Source: Mobula hypostoma
Lineage: Eukaryota
Length of the DNA stretch: 64,000 nucleotides
NCBI RefSeq assembly: GCF_963921235.1
Contig: NC_086108.1
Coordinates: forward strand, 36,768,001 to 36,832,000
Direction: 5' to 3'
The notes below the pieces were generated by a model that saw only the letters and a program-made list of their open reading frames with translations, searched no databases and had not been told where the DNA came from. Both the position numbers and the translations under genes were made by a program. How positions within the stretch are numbered: the first letter of the stretch is position 1; the number at the start of each line of letters is the position of its first letter. Positions 24,681 to 35,685 of the stretch are shown piece by piece.

Positions 24681-27106
24681 TAAGACCATAAGACCATAAG
24701 ACAAAGGAGCAGAAGTCAGCCATTCGGCCCATCGAGTCTGCTCTGCCATTTTATCATGAGCTGATCCAATCTCCCATTTAGTCCCACTCCCCTGCCTTCT
24801 CACCATAACCCTTGATGCTCTAGCTACTCAGATACCTATCAATCTCTGCCCTAAATACACCCAATGACTTGGCCTCCACTGCCGCCTGTGGCAACAAATT
24901 CCATAGATTCACCACCCTCTGGCTAAAAAAATTTCTTCACATCTCTGTTCTGAATGGGTGCCCTTCAATCCTTAAGTCATGCCCTCTCGTACTAGACTAC
25001 TCCATCCTGGGAAACAACTTTGCCACATCCACTCTGTCCATGCCTTTCAACATTCAAAATGTTTCTATGAGGTCTCCCCTCATTCTTCTAAACTCCAAGG
25101 AATACAGCCCAAGAGCGGACAAACGTTCCTCGTATGTTAACCCTCTCATTCCCAGAATCATTCTAGTGAATCTTCTCTGTACCCTCTCCAATGTCAGCAC
25201 ATCCTTTCTTAAATAAGGAGACCAAAACTGCCCGCAGTACTCCAAGTGAGGTCTCACCAGCGCCTTATAGAGCCTCAACATCACATCCCTGCTCCTATAC
25301 TCTATTCCTCTAGAAATGAATGCCAACATTGCATTCGCCTTCTTCACTACTGACTCAACCTGGAGGTTAACTTTAAGGGAATCCTGTACGAGGATTCCTA
25401 AGTCCCGTTGCATCTCAGAACTTTGAATTCTCTCCCCATTTAAATAATAGTCTGCCCGTTTATTTCTTCTGCCAAAGTGCATAACCATACACTTTCCTCC
25501 ATTATATTTCATTTGCCACTTACTTGTCCATTCTCCCAATTTATCCAAGTCTCTCTGCAGACTCTCTGTTTCCTCAGCACTACCGGCCCCTCCACCTATC
25601 TTCGTATCATCAGCAAACTTAGCCACAAAGCCATCTATTCCATAATCCAAATCATTGATGTACAATGTAAAAAGAAGCAGCCCCAACACGGACCCCTGTG
25701 GAACACCACTGGTAACCGGCAGCCAACCAGAATAGGATCTCTTTATTCCCACTCTCTGTTTCCTGCCAATCAGCCAACGCTCTATCCACGTATGTAACTT
25801 TCCCGTAATTCCATGGGCTCTTATCTTGTTAAGTAGCCTTATGTGTGGCACCTTGTCAAAGGCCTTCTGAAAATCCAAATATACAACATCCACTGCATCT
25901 CCCTTGTCTAGCCTACTTGTAATTTCCTCAAAAAATTGTAATAGGTTTGTCAGGCAGGATTTTCCTTTAAGGAATCCATGCTGAATTCTGCCTATCTTGT
26001 CATATGCCTCCAGGTACTCTGTAACCTCATCCTTGACAATCGACTCTAACAACTTCCCAACCACTGATGTCAAACTAACAGGTCTATAATTTCCTTTTTG
26101 CTTCCTTGCCCCCTTCTTAAATAGCGGAGTGACATTTGCAATCTTCCAGTCCTCTGGAACCATGCCAGAATCTATCAACTTTTGAAAGATCATCGCTAAT
26201 GCCTCTGCAATCTCCACAGCTAATTCCTTCAGAACTCGAGGGTGCATTCCATCTGGTCCGGGAGATTTATCTACCTTTAGACTATTCATCTTCCTGAGTA
26301 CTTTCTCTGTCACAATTGTGATTGCGCACACTTCTCTTCCCTGCCACCCTTGAGTATTCGGTATACTGCTGATGTCTTCCTCAGTGAAGACTGACGCAAA
26401 CTACTCATTCAGTTCCTCTGCCATCTCCTTATCTCCCATTAAAATTTCTCCAGCATCATTTTCTATCGGTCCTACATCTACTCTCACCTGTCTTTTACTC
26501 TTTATATACTTGAAAAAAGCTTTTAGTATCCTCTTTGATATTATCTGCTATCTTCCTTTCATAGTTAATCTTTTCCCTTTTAATGACCTTCTTAGTTTCC
26601 TTTTGCAAGCTTTTAAAAACTTCACAATCCTCTGTCTTCCCACTAAATTTTGCTTCCTTGTATGCCTTCTCCTTTGCTTTAACTTTGGCTTTGACTTCTA
26701 TTGTCAGCCACGGTTGCATCCTTTTTCCATTCGAAAATTTCTTCTTTTTTGGAATATACCTGTCTTGCACCTTCCTCACTTCTTGCATAAACTCCAGCCA
26801 CTGCTGCTCTGCCGTCCTTCCCGCCAGTGTCCCTTTCCAGTCAACTTTGGCCAGTTCTTCTCACATACCACTGTAATTTCCTTTACTCCAGTGAAATACC
26901 GACACATCAGATTTTGGCTTCTCTTTTTCAAATTTCACAGTGAACTCAATCATGCTATGATCACTGCCTCCAAAGGGTTCCTTCACCTCAATATCTCTAA
27001 TCACCTCCGGTTCATTACACATTACCCAATCCAGTACAGCCGATCCCCTAGTGGGCTCATCAATAAGCTGTTCGAAAAAGCCATCTCACAGACATCTACA
27101 AATTGT
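24681..27106 (-). mobile_element. CR1 LINE (nested), (ATGGTCTT)n tail
   Basis: Uninterrupted 425-aa RT ORF 25054..26331; tail TAAGACCATAAGACCATAAGAC at 24681. Confidence 0.93.
25054..26331 (-). CDS. CR1 ORF2 reverse transcriptase domain (partial, element truncated)
   Basis: KSPGPDG, NYRPVSLTS, QHGF, YLDFQKAFDKVPH, GVPQGSVLG, KFADDTK. Confidence 0.88.
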   Translation of the reverse strand: MCAITIVTEKVLRKMNSLKVDKSPGPDGMHPRVLKELAVEIAEALAMIFQKLIDSGMVPEDWKIANVTPLFKKGARKQKGNYRPVSLTSVVGKLLESIVKDEVTEYLEAYDKIGRIQHGFLKGKSCLTNLLQFFEEITSRLDKGDAVDVVYLDFQKAFDKVPHIRLLNKIRAHGITGKLHTWIERWLIGRKQRVGIKRSYSGWLPVTSGVPQGSVLGLLLFTLYINDLDYGIDGFVAKFADDTKIGGGAGSAEETESLQRDLDKLGEWTSKWQMKYNGGKCMVMHFGRRNKRADYYLNGERIQSSEMQRDLGILVQDSLKVNLQVESVVKKANAMLAFISRGIEYRSRDVMLRLYKALVRPHLEYCGQFWSPYLRKDVLTLERVQRRFTRMILGMRGLTYEERLSALGLYSLEFRRMRGDLIETF

Positions 27107-28521
27107 ACAAATTATAGACCAGTTATTCTGACATCAGTGGTGGGGAAGATGCTGGAGTCAATTATAAAAGATGTAATAGCGGCATATTTGGATAGCAGTG
27201 GCAGGATAGGTCCGAGTCAGCATGGATTTAAGAAGCGGAAATCAGACTTGACTAATCTTCTGGAATTTTTTGAGAATGTGACTATGAAAAAGGACATGGG
27301 GAAGCCAGTGGATGTAGTGTACCTGGACTTTCAGAAAGCCTTTGATAAGGTCCCATATAGGAGGTTAGTGTGCAAAATTAGAGCAAATGGTACTGGGGGT
27401 AGGGTACAGACATGGATAGAAAATTGGTTGGCAGACAGGAAACAAAGAATAGGGATTAATGGGTCCTTTTCAGAATGGCAGGCAGTGACTAGTGGGGTAC
27501 CACAAGGCTCGGTGCTGGGACCGCAGCTATTTGCAATATGTATTAATGATTTAGATGAAGTGATTAAAGGTAACATTAGCAAATTTGCAGATGACTCAAA
27601 GCTGGGTGGCAGTGTGAAATGTGAGGAGGATGTTATGAGAATGCAGGGTGACTTGGACAGGTTGGGTGAGTGGGCAGATGCATGGCAGATGCAGTTTAAT
27701 GTGGATAAATGTGAGATTATCCACTTTGGTGGCAAGAACAGGAAGGCAGATTACTATCTGAATGGTGTCAAGTTAGGAAAAGGGAAAGTACAACGAGATC
27801 TAGGTGTCCTTGTTCATCAGTCACTGAAAGTGAGCATGCAGGTACAGCAGGCAGTGAACAAAGCTAAGGGCATACTGGCCTTCATAACAAGGGGAATTGA
27901 GTATAGGAGCAACTGGGGTTCTGCAGTTGTATAGGGCCCTGGTGAGACCACACCTGGAATATTGTGTACAGTTTTGGTCTCCAAATTTGAGAAAGGACAT
28001 CCTAGCTATTGATGGAGTGCAGCATAGGTTCACGAGGTTAATTCCCAGGATGGCGGGACTGTCATATGTTGAAAGATTGGAGCAACTGGGGTTGTATACA
28101 CTGGAATTTCGAAGGATGACAGGGGATCTGATTGAAACATATAAGATTATTAGGGGATTGGACAAGCTAGAGGCAGGAAACATGTTCCCAATGTCGGGGG
28201 AGTCCAGAACCAGAGGCCACAGTTTAAGAATAAGGAGTAGACAATTTAGAACGGAGTTAAGGAAAAACTTTTTCACACAGAGGGTTGTGGTTCTGTGAAA
28301 TGCTCTGCCTCAGAAGGCAGTGGAGGCCAATTCTCTGGATTCTTTCAAAAAAGAGTTAGATAGAGCTCTTAATGATAGCGGAGTGAAGGGATATGGGGAG
28401 AAGGCAGGAAAAGGGTACTGATTGTGGATGATCAGCCATGATCACAGTGAATGGTGGTGCTGGCTCGAAGGGCTGAATGGCCTACTCCTGCACCTATAGT
28501 CTATTGTCTATTGTCTATTGT

Positions 28522-28770
28522 CAAAGGGGTATACTTGTTGCTGAGGGGAATGATCACAGGGTTTACTGTTCTTGTTTCTCCAAATGGTCACCCATCTACT
28601 GTCTGAAGCCTGCACTCTGGATGTGACCACCTCAGTAAAAGTCTTATCTTTGAGGTTTTCATCCTTCCCAAGTCTCATCTCTGAGCTTTACATCCAAATC
28701 TAGCTCTGGTACCTTGATCTTGTTGGTGAGAAGTTGTAGATGGGTACACTTCCTACACATGTAGTCATCA
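28522..28770 (-). mobile_element. Old CR1 ORF1 N-terminal fragment
   Basis: Homologous to 42010-42280 (zinc-finger remnant LPDDYMCRKC, IPLSNKYTPL). Confidence 0.65.
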
Positions 28771-30447
28771 GGGAGAGGAGCCTTACTTAACATCCTACCT
28801 GCACTTGTTATACCTATGGCTCTACCTTCTCAAGTTCACTCTACCTTCTCGGGCTTATGTTCTAGCCTCTACCTTAAGCTTAAGCTTGTTGAGCCAAAGA
28901 CTAATCACTCTAACACTGGCCCACTTGCACAATGGCTGCTCTGCTTACACCTCGCTTCTTTTTATTGGCCATTGCTGAGTTACTGATAACCCAAATGATC
29001 TCCCACTTGGCAGAAAAGTTCTGACAGGTCCCTGTCGCATTTTAAAACTGGTGTGTAAAGTCCCCAAGGAACTGTCTCCAATTCATTCTGTAATCTCTAA
29101 CTCAGCAGACAAGTCCCTACAGGCCTCGATTGCTTTTTAAACTTAATCTTAAAATATTAGATTCTAAAAGAAATTATAATATAGGCAAAAATGTTCCACG
29201 ACACAACTAGCAATAAGAATATGAAAAGTTAATAAAATGAAGATAAAATTCTGAGACGATTTAATTTCTATTACATATGAAGTGATAGAAATAATTCTTT
29301 CTGCAAAGAATTTCCATCATCCAAAGTATTCTGTCATAATAATTTCAACTATCAGGTTGAAAAGCAAATAGGCTAAGGAAACATTTTGAAACAAATTGCA
29401 GTCAATAGCCAATGAAACTGCTTGTGAGTATGATATTGTATTGTATGTGTTTGTTCGGCAAGGATCACTTGGAAAGCAATGTATGTAGTCAATGGAGACT
29501 GCAGATATATGTGAATTATAATTAGACAGTCTTCAGTTTTGACAATTTGCTGTGTCAATATCTCTGCACACAGTAATTGTGTACACATCATATTTTAATG
29601 AGAATGCAGTACTCAAATAGATTTTAGTCCTTACTTACTCATGGTGTAATACCTGCACTCTGCACGTATCCGGGTAATATCTATCACCGCTCCAGATATC
29701 TGAAACCAACCATCTATTTGTTCTTTGAAGTTGGCACCAGGACAAATGGACCCACGACTGGAAAAGTAGCCAGTGGTATTAAGGAAAGATTATCAGTCAT
29801 GTTTCATAAGCCAGCTGGCACAGAATGGAAGTACAACTTGCTGATGGTCTCTTATGAGTTTTGTGGAAAGAGACATCATGGATCTGTTTCTTAATTGAAG
29901 TTTGTAGCGTATTTATCAATCACATGATTGTTAGAAATTGTCCAAACACTCACACCAGAGCAAAACTCGTACCAGGCAACTTTTTATATCTTTAGTTCTG
30001 GCTGGATATGAACCTAATTTCTTGAAGAGAAAGATATGTGACTATTGTTTGAAGAAGGGTATAAAATGTTCAATGTCAGACCTGAGTATCTCTAACATCT
30101 CTGTATTGGTGAAAAAGATACTTTGTTCCACACTTCACATCTAAACCCTGAAAACCCCACTTACATCTCAGGATCCAAAGAGTCACACTTTGGAATTCCT
30201 CACAATATTTTCTTTACATATAAGAACCTGTAATTTATGTTATCTATATTTTGTAGATCTATTGTAATTACTTGTCATCATTCATGGATTATAATTTATC
30301 CTAATTGATTCTCTTGGCGGCATACATGCCCAGAGTTCAGTGCATTAAAAAAAGGGGTACAGGCATAAAAGAAAAATGGCCTTCATCTGATGTATCAGAA
30401 ATTTTTACACACTTTCTTACAGGTTCATTAAGTAATTAACTTACTTA

Positions 30448-30625
30448 AATAAATCCTTCTTGGGCTTCCTGCTAGGTACAGATATTGATTATAACTGATG
30501 TTTCGAGGATAAATTCTGCCATCTTCACCAGGGGTGATGCCTGGCATGTCCTGTTTGGTGATACTTATACACCTTTAGTCTGTCCCTCCTGATCAATTAG
30601 TTGTCATCCAATCAGGTTTCTGCTC
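30448..30625 (-). mobile_element. Short repeat with a divergent hammerhead-like motif (probable separate PLE family)
   Basis: Minus 30493-30534 reads CCCCUGGUGAAGAUGGCAGAAUUUAUCCUCGAAACAUCAGUU: near-CUGAnGA, a longer stem II region, then GAAAC-NUH. Confidence 0.5.
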
Positions 30626-30627
30626 TT

Positions 30628-32044
30628 TCAAAAGTCACTGGACTCAGGCATGGTGCCAGAGGACTGGGAAATCGCAAATGTCACTCCACTCTTTAAGAAT
30701 GGAGAAAGGCAGCAGAATGTAAATTATAGACCAGTTAGCCCGACCTCAGTGGTTGGGAAGATGTTAGAGTCAATTGTTACCGATGAGATTATGGAGTACT
30801 TGGTGACACAGGACAAGATAGGACAAAGTCAGCATAGTTTCCTTCAGGGAAAATCTTGCCTGTCAAATCTGTGGCAATTATTTGAGGAGATTATAAATAG
30901 GGTAGATAAAGGGGATGCAGTGGATGTTGTATATTTGGACTTTCAGAAGGCTTTTGACAAGTTTCCACACATGAGGCTGCTTAACAAGTTAAAAGCCCAT
31001 GGTATTACAGGAAAGATATTGGAATGGTGAGAACATTGGCTGAATGGTATGAGGCAGTGAGTGGGAATAAAGAGATTTTTTCCTGGTTGGCTGCCAGTGC
31101 TATTCTGCAAGGGTTGGTGTCGGGACCGCTTCTTTTTAGGCTGTATATAAATGATTTAGATGATGGATTAGATGGTTTTGTTGTCTAATTTGCAGATGAT
31201 ACGACGATTGGTGGAGGGCCAGGTAGTGTTGAGGAAACAGATAAGTTGCAGAAAGACAGATTAGGAGTATGGGCAAGAAGGTGGAAAATGCATGGTCATG
31301 CACTTTGGTAGTAGCAGTAAATAAGCAGACTATTTTCTAAATGGGGAGAAAATCCAAAAATCTGAGATGCAAAGGGATTTGGGAGTCCTTGTGTAGATCA
31401 CCCTAAAGGTTAACTTACAGGGTGAGTCGGTAGTGAGAATGCCAAATGCAATACTAGCATTTATTTCAAGAACTCCAGAATACAAGAGCAGGGATGTGAT
31501 GCTGAGGCTTTATAAGGCACCAGTGAGTTTTCACCTTGAGTTTGTGAACAGTTTTGGGCTCCTCATCTCAGAAAAGATACACTGGCATAGCAGAGGGTTC
31601 AGAGGAGGTTCACAAAGATGATTCCAGGAATGAAAGGATTATCATACGAGGAATGTTTGATGGCTCCGGGTCTGTACTCACTGGAATTTAGAAAGATAAG
31701 GGGGATCCCACTGAAACCTTTTGAATGCTGAAAGGCCTAGACAGAGTAGATGTGGAAAGGATGTTTCCCATGGTGGGGAGTCCAGAACAAAAGAGCACAG
31801 TCTCAGGATAGAGGGCCATCCATTTAAAAAAAAGATGCGGAGAAATTTCTTTAGCTAGAAGGTGGTGAATTGGTGGAATTTGTTACTACAGGCAGCTGTG
31901 GAGGCCAGGTCATTAGTATTTAAGGCCGAGATTGATAGGGTCTTGATTAGCCACAACATCAAAGATTATGAGGAGGGAAAAAAAGATTGAATGGTGCAGA
32001 AGACTCGATGGGCCTAATTCTGCTCCTATGTCTTATGGTCTTAT
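30628..32044 (+). mobile_element. CR1 LINE, degraded, same subfamily as 24681-27106
   Basis: ORFs 30650..31030 and 31433..31621; tail TCTTATGGTCTTAT. Confidence 0.9.
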
Positions 32045-32668
32045 ATAGTTGCAATATTTTTACACGTAGTTCTAGAAATGTATTTCAGTATTAGGTGACT
32101 TGACAACAAAGAGGGCAATAGAAGGCAAAAAAAACTGTTGTTGAAAATCAGAAACAGTAAAAAAAATGGCAAAACTAATAAAATGCATGCAGCTTTATTG
32201 AAGTCAACATAAAATTAACTGCAATCGAGAGAAGCTGCTTTGAAGGTCAATACATCTTGGTAACCATTGGTTGCCAGGCAACTGAGTTTTTGAATCCATT
32301 TGAGAGCTACACTTCTTACTTATCAGACATTGATGTGTACCAATATCCATGTTTTACCATCATCAATTATGTGCAATAAATATGAACTATAGAGATTGAT
32401 TATGTATGGAGAATATGGGTTTTACTACCCTTCCCTATGCCATGTTAAAAACATCTGCTGATTGGGAACAAAGATACAAGAATTCCTCTCAAGTAATGGT
32501 GCCCCAGTTGTATAGTTCTTTTGGTCAAACATCCTTCAAATACACTTGTTTTAAAGATGACCATCTTTCACCAGTAAAAAAGGCCTACAGCTTGATAGGT
32601 TCTTGAGAGTCAGAATATTATCTCTATTTTCTTAAGCAGGTCACTGAAATTTGAATGGAGAACTGATT

Positions 32669-33955
32669 ACATAGAACATAGAACATAGAACATAGAAATA
32701 CAGCATATTACAGGCCTTTCAGCCCACAATGTTGTGCCGACCATCTGAAGCTGCCTAGAATTTCTCTAGCGCATAGGCCTCTAATTTTCTAAGCTCCGTG
32801 TAATTTAAGAGTATCTTAAAAGACCCTGTTCCATCTGCTTCTACCACCTTTGCTGGCAGTATATTCCACGCACCCACCACTCTGTGTGAAAAACTTACCT
32901 CTGACATCCTCCTTGTACCTACTTCCAAGCACAAAGCTATGCCCCCTCATGTTAGCCATTTCAGCCATGACAAAATGCCTCTGGCTATCCACACAATCAA
33001 TGCCTCTCAACATTTTATACACCTCTGTCAGATCACCTCTCATCCTTCGTTGCTCCAAGGAGAAAAGGCCAAGTTCACTCAACCTATTCTCATAAGGCAT
33101 GCTCTCCAATCCAGGCAACATCCTTGTAAATCTCCTCTGCATTCTTTCTGTAGCATCCACATACTTCCTGAAATGAGGTGACCAGAACTGAGCACAGTAC
33201 TCAAAGTGGGGTCTATCTAAGGTCTTATATAGCAGTAACATTACCTCACAGCTCTTGAACTCAATCCCACGGTTGATGAAGGCTAACACACCACACGCAT
33301 TCTTAACAACACTGTCAACCTGCGCAGCAGCTTTGATTGTCCTATGGCTATGGACCCCAAGATCTTGCTGATCCAGGTCATTTATAAAAATCACAAAGAG
33401 GAGGAATCCCAGAACAGTTCCTGTGGAACATCACTGGTCACCGTCTTCCATCCACAACCACCCTTTGCCTTCTGTGGGCAATCCAATTCTAGATCCACAT
33501 AGCAAGGTCTCCTTGGATCCCATGCCTCATTACTTTCTGAATGATCCTTGCATGGGGAACATTATCAGATGCCTTACTGAAATCTATATACACTACATCC
33601 ACTGCTGTACCTTCATCAATGTGTTTTGTTACATCCTCAAATAATTCAATCAGGTTTGTAAGGCAGTACCTGTCCTTGACAAAGCCATGCTGACTATCTC
33701 TAATCATATTATGTCTCTCCAAATGCTTATAAATCCTACCTCTCAGGATCTTCTCCAATAACTTGCCCACCACTGAAGTAAGACTCACTGGTCTATAATT
33801 TCCTGGGTTACCTCTGCTCCCTTTCTTGAACAAGGGAACAACGTTTGCAACCCTCCAATCCTCTGGTACTTCTCCTGTCCCTATTGATGATGCAAAGATC
33901 ATCACCAGAGGCTTAGCAATCTCTTCCCTCACTTTCCACAGTAGCCTAGGGTATA
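32669..33955 (-). mobile_element. CR1 LINE 3' part, (ATGTTCT)n tail; 5' part resumes at 39983
   Basis: ORFs 33489..33932 and 32816..33394 with internal deletions. The break at ...GGGTATAT continues as TCTCATTCG... at 39982 (compare the intact junction at ~8180). Confidence 0.9.
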
Positions 33956-35387
33956 TTAGTGATAATTTTTCAAAACTCTTTAGATTCTGGACTAGTTCCT
34001 GAGGATTGGAGGGTGGCTAATGTAACCCCACCTTTTAAAAAAGGAGAGAGAGAGAAACCAGGGAATTATAGACCGGTTAGCCTAACATCAGTGGCGGGGA
34101 AAATGCTGGAGTCAGTTATCAAAGATGTTGATAACAGCACATTTGGAAAGCTGTGAAATCATTGGACAAAGTCAGCATGGATCTGTGAAAGGAAAATCAT
34201 GTCTGACGAAGCTCATAGAATTTTTTGAGGATGTAACTAGTAGAGTGGATAGGGGAGAACCAGTGGATGTGGTATATTTGGATTTTCAAAAGGCTTTTGA
34301 CAAGGTCCCACACAGGAGATTAGTGTGCAAACTTAAAGCACACGGTATTGGGGGTAAGGTATTGACGTGGATAGAGAATTGGTTGGCAGACAGGAAGCAA
34401 AGAGTGGGAATAAACGGGACCTTTTCAGAATGGCAGGCGGTGACTAGTGGGGTACTGCAAGGCTCAGTGCTGGGACCAGTTGTGTACAATATATATTAAT
34501 GACTTAGATGAGGGAATTAAATGCAGCATCTCCAAGTTTGTGGATGACACGAAGCTGGGCGGCAGTGTTAGCTGTGAGGAGGATACTAAGAGGATGCAGG
34601 GTGACTTGGATAGGTTAGGTGAGTGGGCAAATTCATGGCAGATGCAATTTAATGTGGATAAATGTGAGGTTATCCACTTTGGTGGCAAAAACAGGAAAAC
34701 AGATTATTATTTGAATGGTTGCCTATTAGGAAAAGAGGAGGTGCAACGAGACCTGGGTGTCATTATACACCAGTCATTGAAAGTGGGCATGAAGGTACAG
34801 CAGGCGGTGAAAAAGGCGAATGGTATGTTGGCATTCATAGCAAGAGGATTCGAGTACAGGAGCAGGGAGGTACTACTGCAGTTGTACAAGGCCTTGGTGA
34901 GACCACTCCTGGAGTACTGTGTGCAGTTTTGGTCCCCTAATCTGAGGAAAGACATCTTTGCCATAGAGGAAGTACAAAGAAGGTTCACCAGATTGATTCC
35001 TGGGATGGCAGGACTTTCATATGATGAAAGACTGGATCGACTAGGCTTATATTCATTGGAATTTAGAAGATTGAGGGGGGATCTTTTTAAACGTATAAAA
35101 TCCTAAAGGGATTGGCCAGGCTAGATTGTTCCTGATGTTGGGGAAGTCCAGAACCAGGGGTCACAGTTTGAGGATAAAGGGGAAGCCTTTTAGGACCGAG
35201 ATGAGGAAAAACTTCTTCACACAGAGAGTGGTGAATCTGTGGAATTCTCTGCCACAGGAAACAGTTGAGGCCAGTTCATTGGCTATATTTAAGAGGAAGT
35301 TAGATATGGTCCTTGTGGCTAAAGGGATCAGGGGGTATGGAGGGAAGGCTGGGGCGGGGTTCTGAGTTGGATGATCAGCCATGTTAC

Positions 35388-35616
35388 TGAAGCACCTTCA
35401 ATTACTCCGAAAGACTGAGGTTTGGTAAAATACTGAAAGGCTTTTATTCACTGTACAATACGACCTCCACAGTGAGTGTCTGCCCCCGGACTGAGGGGGA
35501 GGGGCAAGGCGAACACCTTTATACAGGACTCTGTGGGAGGAGCCACAGGGTCAGTCAGCAGAGGGGTGTGTCCAGACAGGTAACCGAGTTACAACATATA
35601 TACATGGTTTACCACA
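35388..35616 (-). repeat. 3' LTR
   Basis: Direct repeat of 39558-39786; minus strand TGTGG...CTTCA (may extend 6 nt to GTAACA at 35382). Confidence 0.93.
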
Positions 35617-35634
35617 TTCACCCCTCCTTTTTTT
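35617..35634 (-). promoter_or_regulatory. Polypurine tract
   Basis: AAAAAAAGGAGGGGTGAA directly before the TGTGG of the 3' LTR. Confidence 0.85.
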
Positions 35635-35685
35635 AAAAAGAGTCCCGCGGGGTGAAGTGACTGACAATATTTACAAGAGGTATAT

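Larger units (their letters stand above)
23873..28521 (+). mobile_element. CR1 LINE (outer), 5'-truncated, (ATTGTCT)n tail, interrupted by a nested CR1
   Basis: ORF 24289..24699 ends ...REKTGNY and resumes NYRPVILTS at ~27110; RT motifs YLDFQKAFDKV, PQGSVLGP, KFADD. CAAAGGGG at 23865-23872 and 28522-28529 is the probable TSD. Confidence 0.92.

Noticed and set aside
26372..27934. 520-aa ORF suggesting a novel RT fusion protein
   Set aside because: The N-terminal half is the antisense strand of the nested CR1, joined by chance in frame to the outer CR1 RT at ~27107.
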